Positions 54,540-64,000 of a stretch of 64,000 bases of DNA are shown here, piece after piece. Within the stretch, counting starts at the first letter, position 1; each line of letters starts with the position of its first letter. Position numbers and translations under genes: made by a program. The DNA is from Macrostomum lignano. Its lineage: Eukaryota. The notes under the pieces are model-generated. The model did no database searches and was not told the DNA's origin. It worked only from the letters and a program-made list of their open reading frames with translations. The stretch spans positions 1 to 64,000 of the forward strand of contig NIVC01002808.1 of assembly GCA_002269645.1 (NCBI GenBank), read 5' to 3'.

Positions 54540-54945
54540 CCTCTCTGCCTCCCTCTCACCCTGCCTCTCTCTCACCTTGCCTCCCTCTCACCCTGCCTCC
54601 CTCTCACCCTGCCTTCCTCTCACCCTGCCTCCCTCTCACCCTGCCTCCCTCTCACCCTGCCTTCCTCTCACTCTGCCCCAGCTCACCCTGCCTCTCTCAC
54701 CCTGCCTCTCTCTCACCCTGCCTCCCTTTCACCCTGCCTCTCTCTTACCCTACCTCTCTCTCACCCTGCCTCCCTTTCACCCTGCCTCTCTCTTACCCTA
54801 CCTCTCTCTCACTCTGCCTTCCTCTCACCCTGCCTCGCTCTCACCCTGCCTCCCTCTCACCCTGCCTTTCTCACCCTGCCTCCCTCTCACCCTGCCTCTC
54901 TTTCTCACCCTGCCTCCCTCTCACCCTGCCTCTCTTTCTCACCCT
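54540..54945. repeat. Pyrimidine-rich CTCTCACCCTGCCTCC array
   Basis: Directly visible. Confidence 0.9.
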
Positions 54946-55609
54946 CTTCTTCCACAGCTGATTGCGGTGAACAAAGCCCAGAGTATTTTAAGTGGGTCCC
55001 AGCCAGAGCACCACTTCTACTTCAACAGACACACATGGTCAGCAGCTGATTGCTAGCATAGCCATCTTCCTCAGCTGCCTCATCCATGACTGTGACGCAA
55101 TCCCAGCAAGTCACTCTCTCCCTCTGTTTCTTCCTATTCGAAGAGTCAAGAAGTTTATTTGTTTGCACTGAGTCTGGCAAGAGGGAGGAGCCTTCGCGTC
55201 TTTATTAGAGACTAGTCTTGACCCCTGATTTCAGGTGTTTATTGTGCATATCGGCCGGCCCGCTTCTCGAATGGCGAGAGGCGCCGCACAAACCCGCGAA
55301 GTGGGGGCGGCCCACTCGGTCAGCAGGATTCTGGCAGACTAATGATAACACGACTAGGACATGTCAATCAGCTGACCGCGCTACTGCAGAAAAGAGATGG
55401 GGAGTGGGAGACATCGGAGATAAACAACACAGTGCGGGACCGTGGCGTGAAACCGGGCTGGCTTTGGGGCACTTGAACTGGACCCAACATAAGTGCTGAC
55501 ATCTGCGGACAAGGGACCCGGTGTGCGGTGACAATCGACTTCTTTTTAGCTCTTACACTGCACTCCTGCTCTGACCAATTACACCTCTTCATTTTTTTCA
55601 TCTGCAGTA

Positions 55610-55610
55610 A

Positions 55611-55691
<81 letters not shown>

Positions 55692-56815
55692 GCATCCTGT
55701 AGCAGAAAGCTGTCTCTTTCAAAAGCAGCAAACAAGCACCGGAAATTCTGCAACAGTCACGCTTCAGGCGGAGAATTACTCTCGTGAAAAGCAAAACCCG
55801 GTCAAACCAGCGGCTTGCCACATGAATAGCGGGACCCCCGCTGAGAGGCGCTGAGAACTGCTCATAGTTATGATTATTATTAATTCCCAATCTGCTTTGC
55901 CAGCTATTTTCGAAAGTAATCACGTTTTGAGTCCCATTGCTAATACTCACTTGGCTAATAATTCTTGGTCATTCACACTTCATCAGTCAAACTAATATAT
56001 AAGAATAATTTTATTCGAACCCGTTGGTTAGTGACTCAGTGAGACCCATACTCCATCATCAGGTGATTCACCTAGAGTCTCTGAGTAGGGCTGGATAGGG
56101 AGGAGAGAGAGAGGACCCGTCAAAATTTTGAGCACGAGTCTGCCATGAAAGAGCAAAGACTCCAAATTGTGGTGGGGGCGAGGAGGATGAAGGCAGCTGG
56201 GGAGTCAGAGAGTTGAGATGGAGGTTAATTATTTCTTAATGCTGCTTCCTGACGTGCCGCATCCGGTGATGGAGGGCCTTCCACATCAGGTGGGAAGAGG
56301 AGGCGGCGCGTTTTGTTGCGATTCGGACAGTGCTTTTGACTTTTGACTTTTGACTGACTGACGACTGACTGACTGACTGACTGACTGACTGACTGACTGA
56401 CTGACTGACTGACTGACTGACTGACTGACTGACTGACTGACTGACTGACTGACTGACTGACTGACTGACTGACTGACTGACTGACTGACTGACTGACTGA
56501 CTGACTGACTGACTGACTGACTGACTGACTGACTGACTGACTGACTGACTGACTGACTGACTGACTGACTGACTGACTGACTGACTGACTGACTGACTGA
56601 CTGACTGACTGACTGACTGACTGACTGACTGACTGACTGACTGACTGACTGACTGACTGACTGACTGACTGACTGACTGACTGACTGACTGACTGACTGA
56701 CTGACTGACTGACTGACTGACTGACTGACTGACTGACTGACTGACTGACTGACTGACTGACTGACTGACTGACTGACTGACTGACTGACTGACTGACTGA
56801 CTGACTGACTGACTG
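55610..56815. repeat. (AGAT)n at 55610-55690 and (GACT)n at 56350-56815
   Basis: Directly visible. Confidence 0.97.
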
Positions 56816-57251
56816 ATAAACCCTCAAGTGATGGCGAGTTAAGAAGCATTTTTTGAAACTTTAGACAATCTAATATACAAAAAATAGTTTGTTATTTTTC
56901 AGATTTTTACAATAATACTTGCAAACGAAGTTACTTTCTATTTATTCTATTTATTATATATTTTTTAATATAAAAAACGACAATAAGTACTTTGAGTAGT
57001 GAAAAAGCGAAGGCAGGAAATGTAAACTGCTTGAACAGTATAGCTGGGAAATGCTAAGCCAACTGAGTGTGTTTTAGTAGATAATTCTAAGGCTCATATA
57101 AGTATCTATGGAATGGATATGATTGGGATTACAGGTGTCTGAGGAAGAGATGAGACGGAGGCAGCGTCAGAGGTGATCTCAATGCATAAGGAGAATTTCG
57201 CCTCAAACATGAGCAGTCAGCATCAGTAAGACATAACTGATTCCGTCAAGT

Positions 57252-60200
57252 TCAATAGCCAAACACCTGTGTCGTAGCAGAGGTGATGTCGCGCGAGCAG
57301 CTGTCAGCGACGGAGTCTGACGCCAGGCGGCCTCGGCAGGCCCGGCACTGAATGCTGGCCGCTGCAGCTGCCGCAGGGTCTGCTGGCACCGAGTCATCGA
57401 CGCCGAGCTCCGCAGTCAGCGTGGGCGATCGAGATCGTGGCAAAGGCTTGGCAACTGGCTGAGGCTGAGCAGTGAGCAGCGCTGGCGTCGGCTGTGGGCG
57501 GGACAGCTGGAACTCGACCAGGGACCAAGACTGCAGAGCAGACAGCACCAGCTGCAGAGCGAATTGAGAGTGCACTGCGGGACGGCGAGGGCGAGGGAGT
57601 GGAGGGGGGCTCAGGAAACATGGTAGTAGTTAATGGCTTGTGAGACATTCAACGAGAACTTTAGGGATACTTCAGGAAAAAATATGGAAAAATGGGAATA
57701 TAAATCACAACTGAGGCATTGCATGATCTCAACATGCACCGGAGACAGGATTGTGTGGCAATAAAATGGGGATCAGTGATCTATTTGGGGAATAAAACAG
57801 TGATCGATTTGGGGAATAAAACTGTAATCTACTTGGGGATTAAAACGGGGATCAATAATCTACTTGGGGAATAAACTTGGATAAATGACCCACTTAGGAA
57901 TAAAATGGGGATAAATGACCCACTTAGGAATAAAATGGGGCCACTTGGTAAATAAACTGGGGATCAGTAATCTACTAAGGGAATAAAACGAGGATCAATG
58001 ATCTACTAGAGGAATAAAACGGGGTTCAATGATCTACTAGGGGAATAAAACGGGGATCAATGATCTACTAAGGGAATAAAACGGGGATCAATGATCTACT
58101 AAGGGAATAAAACGGGGATCAATGATCTACTAGAGGAATAAAACGGGGTTCAATGATCTACTAGGGGAATAAAACGGGGATCAATGATCTACTAAGGGAA
58201 TAAAACGGGGATCAATGATCTACTAAGGGAATAAAACGGGGATCAATGATATACTAAGGGAATAAAACGGGGATTAATGATCTACTAGGGGAAAAAACGG
58301 GGATCAATGATCTACTAGGGGAATAAAACGAGGACAATGATCTACTAGGGGAAAAAACGAGGACAATGATCTACTAGGGGAAAAAACGGGGATCAATGAT
58401 CTACTAGGAACTAGGGGAATAAAACGGGGATCAATGATCTACTAGGGGAAAAAACGAGGACAATGATCTACTAGGGGAAAAAACGGGGATCAATGATCTA
58501 CTAGGAACTAGGGGAATAAAACGGGGATCAATGATCTACTAGGGGAAAAAACGAGGACAATGATCTACTAGGGGAAAAAACGGGGATCAATGATCTACTA
58601 GGAACTAGGGGAATAAAACGGGGATCAATGATCTACTCAGGGAATAAGACGGGGATCAATAATCTACTCAGGGAATAAAAGGAGGGATCAGGGAGAGAAT
58701 ACTTTAGGAGATGGGGACCCCCAGGCTTATGCCACAGACCACTCCAAACTGGCCGCAAATTATGCCACACAAGGAGACAATGCGCAAGTGAGAGAGCGGA
58801 CTCAACAGCCACTCACCAGCGATCTCAGCGGCATTGGCGCCATCAGCCTTCCAGAAGTCGGCGACGTAAGCGGCGCTGTGCAGCCCCATCTGGGCGAGGC
58901 AGGCGCCGGCCAGCGGAACGAACTTGGCGCCAAGCCGGTAGCCGGGAAGCAGCGGCGGCCGGCGGCAGCAGCGGGCGACGAGGGCGACTGCGGCGAGGCT
59001 GCCGGCCAGGCGGGAGGCAGCGGCGAGGCCGCGCAGCCAGACGAGCCAGCCCTCCAGCGGGGGCTGCCAGGGCGGCTGCGGATCCGACCGGAGCTGCTGA
59101 GGCGGCCGGGCGCCGCCGTTGTCCAGCAGGATGGCAGCCGACACCGCCAGGTTGCAGCAGTGGAACAGCTGGCCCTGGCGCACCAGAGCCCGCGCCGTCA
59201 GCAGCTGGAATCTGGCAGTGGTGGCGCATCTTGCCCTGGGGGAGACTGGAAGCTAACTGGGGACAGTGGGGATGGCGGGGACGGTAGGGATGATGGGATG
59301 ATGGGGATGGTGGGGATGGTGTGGATGGTGGGGATGGTGGGGATGGTGGGGATGATGGGGATGGTGGGGATGGTGGGGATGGTGGGGATGGTGGGGATGG
59401 TGGGGATGGTGGGGATGGTGGGGATGGTGGGGATGATGGGATGATGGGGATGGTGGGGATGATTGGGATGGTGGGAATGGTGGGGATGGTGGGGATGGTG
59501 GGGATGGTGGGGATGGTGGGGATGATGGGATGATGGGGATGGTGGGGATGATTGGGATGGTGGGAATGGTGGGGATGGTGAGGATGATGGGGATGATGGG
59601 GATGGTGGGGATGATGGGGATGGTGGGGATGGTGGAGATGATGGGGATGGTGGGGATGATGGGGATGGTGGGGATGATGGGGATGGTGGGGATGGTGGGG
59701 ATGGTGGGGATGATGGGGATGATGGGGATGGTGGGAATGGTGGGGATGGTGGGGATGGTGGGAATGGTGGGGATGGTGGGGATGAACAATGAGAGTAATA
59801 GAGAGATGGTGGGGATGGTGGGGATGGTGGGGATGATGGGGATGGTGAGGATGATGGGATGATGGGGATGGTGGGGATGGTGGGGATGGTGGGGATGGTG
59901 GGGATGGTGGGGATGGTGGGGATGATGGGGATGATGGGGATGGTGGGAATGGTGGGGATGGTGGGGATGGTGGGAATGGTGGGGATGGTGGGGATGAACA
60001 ATGAGAGTAATAGAGAGATGGTGGGGATGGTGGGGATGGTGGGGATGATGGGGATGGTGAGGATGATGGGATGATGGGGATGGTGGGGATGGTGGGGATG
60101 GTGGGGATGGTGGGGATGGTGGGGATGGTGGGGATGGTGGGGATGAACAGTGAGAGTAATAGAGAGTAAGCAGGGAGCGAGTGGGATAGTGGGCAGGGAG

Positions 60201-62491
60201 GGGTTGGGATAATGGGAGGGGTTGGGATAATGTGCAGGGGTTGGGATAATGGGAGGGAGGGGTTGGGATAGTGGGTAGGGAGGGGTTGGGATAGTGGGCA
60301 GGGAGGGGTTGGGATAGTGGGCAGGGAGGGGTTGGGATAGTGGGCAGGGAGGGGTTGGGATAGTGGGCAGGGAGGGGTTGGGATAGTGGGCAGGGAGGGG
60401 TTGGGATAGTGGGCAGGGAGGGGTTGGGATAGTGGGCAGGGAGGGGTTGGGATAGTGGGCAGGGAGGGGTTGGGATAGTGGGCAGGGAGGGGTTGGGATA
60501 GTGGGCAGGGAGGGGTTGGGATAGTGGGCAGGGAGGGGTTGGGATAGTGGGCAGGGAGGGGTTGGGATAGTGGGCAGGGAGGGGTTGGGATAGTGGGCAG
60601 GGAGGGGTTGGGATAGTGGGCAGGGAGGGGTTGGGATAGTGGGCAGGGAGGGGTTGGGATAGTGGGCAGGGAGGGGTTGGGATAGTGGGCAGGGAGGGGT
60701 TGGGATAGTGGGCAGGGAGGGGTTGGGATAGTGGGCAGGGAGGGGTTGGGATAGTGGGCAGGGAGGGGTTGGGATAGTGGGCAGGGAGGGGTTGGGATAG
60801 TGGGCAGGGAGGGGTTGGGATAGTGGGCAGGGAGGGGTTGGGATAGTGGGCAGGGAGGGGTTGGGATAGTGGGCTGGGAGGGGTTGGGATAGTGGGCAGG
60901 GAGGGGTTGGGATAGTGGGCAGGGAGGGGTTGGGATAGTGGGCAGGGAGGGGTTGGGATAGTGGGCAGGGAGGGGTTGGGATAGTGGGCAGGGAGTGAGT
61001 CGTGAGTGGGATAATTGGGAGAATTAGCCAGATTCGAGCCCCTTACCTACTCCAAAGCGGCTTGGTCCTGAGCACGGCAACCCGCGCGCTGTCTTCGCAG
61101 CCAGTCTGGTCGGCGAGGGCGCGCCGGGGGCCCAGAATGAAGCGAATAGCGCCGAATTTGAAGGCCAGAAGATTTGCCAACTCGTTAAAAGCGACCATGG
61201 AATACCTGAAAATTAGTTCAAGTATTTCTGCTTATTTACCTAGTTTACAGGTGTCATAAATTAATAAGCGGCAAACTCACGCTGCCATCAGCACGTGCAT
61301 GAACTCGGCCGATTTTGGCACCAGTATTGCCAAACAAATCAGCCATTGGTACACCTGGAGGGCAGGTTGGGAGTGCATCAGGTTCAGGTATTTCCTTTTA
61401 CTAGTGATAATGGAATGAAATAATTGAATAGTTTTAAGACGTCCAACAGACAAGGTAAAACGTAAACAAGGTGAAAAGTGAAGTGCTTGCGCCGTCGGCT
61501 AATAAAAAACTGCATTTTTCTACTATTATCAGTAGCAAAAGTAGCGTGTTTTATATTTTTAATGAAATAAAAACTATAAAATCTGTGGGGTACTGCTGTA
61601 AGAATTTCATTTTTAATAACGCAGCAATACGCTCAGCTACTCAGATACACGCACCGGAAACAGGGCGGTCAGGTTTGAGGCCAGGGTCAGGTGAGAATGC
61701 GACAGGCGGTCTCTGACCATGGCGCCCATGCGAGTGGCGTACAGGCAGGCGCCGGCCGCGGCCAGGGTCAGGCAGACTGCGGTCTCCGCTTTGCCCACCG
61801 TTGGCAGGGCTGCAGTGAATAAATGGAAAATGGGAATCAGTGTTTAGTTAGGCGTGGGATCGGTATACAATCTGGCACAACCTGACACTCACTGGCTGAC
61901 ACAACCTGACACTCACTGGCTAACACAACCTGACACCCACAGGCTGACACAACCTGACACAACCTGACACTCACTGGGTGACACAACCTGACACTCACTG
62001 GCTGACACAACCTGACACCCACAGGTTGACACAACCTGACACCAACTGGCTGACAGTCCAACTAAACCTGACACACGCTGGCTGGCTGACAGTGACAATC
62101 CAGAACAACCTAACACGCTGACACTCTCAAGTGACAACACAATGGAAATTAATGCTATTTACTTTGTGTATAAAATTTGACAGACATCACGACACTTCAG
62201 CATAATCTGACGCAGTCTGACTAGCATTCTAACAGTCTGACCTGAAACACTAAAGCATACTAAACAGTAAACACCAACAATCAAAGTTAATCTGAGACGA
62301 TGCTTTATTAAAGGAAGTCTTGGTCTCGGTTTGTACCATTCTGCTTAAAAAAGCAGGATTTTTAACACCCCTACACAGCAAGACTCACTTGTAATGTAAG
62401 CCAGACCGCTCTGCGCTTCCACATCTGAAGAAGCAGGCGGTGTTCCGTTCGTGACTTGGCCAGATTGGCACAGTGGGGGTTGCTGTCCCAT
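57252..62491 (-). CDS. SLC51A: Organic solute transporter alpha-like (OST-alpha/SLC51A, Solute_trans_a family) multipass membrane protein, ~381 aa
   Basis: Exons 62389-62491 (ATG), 61718-61809, 61281-61354, 61047-61205, 58817-59211, 57252-57574 (TGA); 1146 nt, phases consistent. CLAILVPKSAEFMHVLMAAYSMVAFNELANLLAFKFG parallels remembered OST-alpha CFGLWIPRS...SFYAVCFYLLMLVMVEGFG. RFQLL...Q and PGYRLGAKFVPL parallel KLQLL...FQ and GEQNMGAKFALF. Orthology versus TMEM184 not computed. Confidence 0.7.
57760..58680. repeat. ~30-bp minisatellite GGGGATCAATGATCTACTAGGGGAATAAAAC, OST-alpha-like intron
   Basis: Directly visible. Confidence 0.93.
59270..60995. repeat. G-rich arrays: 9-bp GGGGATGGT (59270-60145) and ~24-bp GGGATAGTGGGCAGGGAGGGGTT (60180-60995)
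   Basis: Directly visible, OST-alpha-like intron. Confidence 0.95.
61860..62130. repeat. CTGACACAACCTGACACTCACTGG-type degenerate array
   Basis: Directly visible, OST-alpha-like first intron. Confidence 0.85.
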
Positions 62492-64000
62492 TGCATTGAT
62501 TTTAGGCTTTGGTGGATTGAAGGCGCAGTTCTACTCAGAAGTGAGAACTCATTAATTAACTTAAATATTTCCACCCTGGACTATCAATTATCTGCTGAAC
62601 TATCGGCTATTTTAATTGCTTTTAATCGTGGTCCGGTTGATTTAGCCTGGGCGTGCCTAGGCGTCTGGCTCAGAAGATTGGGGTGGTTGTAGCCGATGTA
62701 CATAGCCAGAGCCAATGTACATTAAATCTCTAACCCTCCCCCGCATGTACAAAGGACGGGCCACTTTCTCTTTTACTACTTTACCAGGAGTCTTTACCCC
62801 AAACCGTTCACCCCGTGCACAATCAAATTAGGCAACGTTTCACGCGCAATGTTCAAGGCCATGCAAATTGGTGTACAAGTTGGATGTTTAGTCCACAGAG
62901 CCACAGAAAGTTCTGCGGTTTAGCCTTCATTGATTATAGTGAACGAGAACCGAGTGCAAACGAAAAATGAATACAGTAAGCATAATATTCTATTTGATTT
63001 TGTTTGCGAGCTACATACGGGGCTTAGAACTAATTTATGATTTAAACAAAACATTCTGAAGTTTTTTGTTTCTTCACAACATTAAGTTTTTTTGTTTTGT
63101 TTCTGAACATTCTGAAGATACCGGATTTTTCATCGTTTTTTGATATTTCATAAACGGGAAATTGTATAGTAATTGTTTTTTATATGTTATACATTTCCAT
63201 ATACTAATGCAATGGTTTGCATAGGTGCTTGCAACTTATGCAAACCAGCTTTAGTGACCAGCCACCCCCTGCCTTTGTGCATCTGTTTAGGGCATGCTGT
63301 ACTTAGCCCCACCCCCTCCGCTGGCTATTTAGCACGCCGTTTCAGCGTTGCGCTCAGTGTTCTCGCTGCTATAATTTTTTCTAAATTTTTCTAAATAAGT
63401 TGTTATAAAAGCGAAAGACGCGAAAATAAAACATTTTTAATATGCGTCCTGACTTGTAACGACTATAGCTTTTCAAATTATTAATTTTAATTACTAACTG
63501 ATTTGTTACACTTTCCTAGAATTTTTTATAAACGACTATATTTCAGCATCAACCATGATGAATACTTATCAGGATGCCATGAAGAAGATGATATATTACT
63601 AAATCATCATTGACATTGGAGAGGGACGCCCGCCCATTGCTCTTGATATGGTTCCCACGAAAAATTATTCAAACTGGAATGAACAAAAAAATTTATTTAG
63701 TCAAATAAGTCTTTTTTAAATAAATATATGAAAACGTACGTGCTCAAGCATCCACTGGGAGCTCTTATTCCAAAATTTATTCGGAACACTCATTCTAAAG
63801 CCATTAATTGTTTTGTTGGAAGAAAAGTTTGCTATTTTGTTTGCTAGATGGCCTAGGTTAATAATGCGACATGCTGTCGGATTACAAAAGTGAGCCTTTA
63901 GCAGCGAATATTGTTATTTCTCACGGAAAGTCCGCATTAAAAACTGCAATTAACATAAATGAAAAACAGAGATCTATAAATAGTATTCCGAAATCTGAGT

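Noticed and set aside
63530-64000. Coding-looking fragments at the right edge
   Set aside because: Interrupted by stops in all frames and no recognisable motif.

Overview
Eukaryotic (animal) genomic DNA. Moderately GC-rich exons sit among AT-rich or minisatellite-filled introns. The architecture resembles the free-living flatworm Macrostomum, but that is an inference only. Exon chains were assembled by hand from GT-AG signals and frame continuity for four protein-coding genes. (1) A TOX-family HMG-box gene (+, 505-8074; 5' end not identified). (2) The N-terminal ~1560 aa of an ATR checkpoint kinase (-, 23582 down to 9421, 21 exons). Its FAT/kinase/FATC exons are not in the window, so TOX appears to lie inside an ATR intron. 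(3) A 3-exon Zic/odd-paired zinc-finger gene (+, 47208-50730). (4) A 6-exon organic solute transporter alpha-like gene (-, 62491-57252). A ~6 kb decayed EnSpm/CACTA-type DNA transposon with degenerate inverted ends lies just upstream of the ATR start. There are two tRNA-derived SINE-like elements, a 28S rRNA-like fragment and about 30 distinct tandem arrays. Nearly all long ORFs in the six-frame track (e.g. the 1090 aa ORF at 33-36 kb) are read-through of stop-free satellites. The most unusual signal is that several arrays are amplified splice signals: ~32 GTAAGT donors in ATR, a CAGGTGAGT array, and nine in-frame acceptors in the Zic ZF3-ZF4 linker intron.
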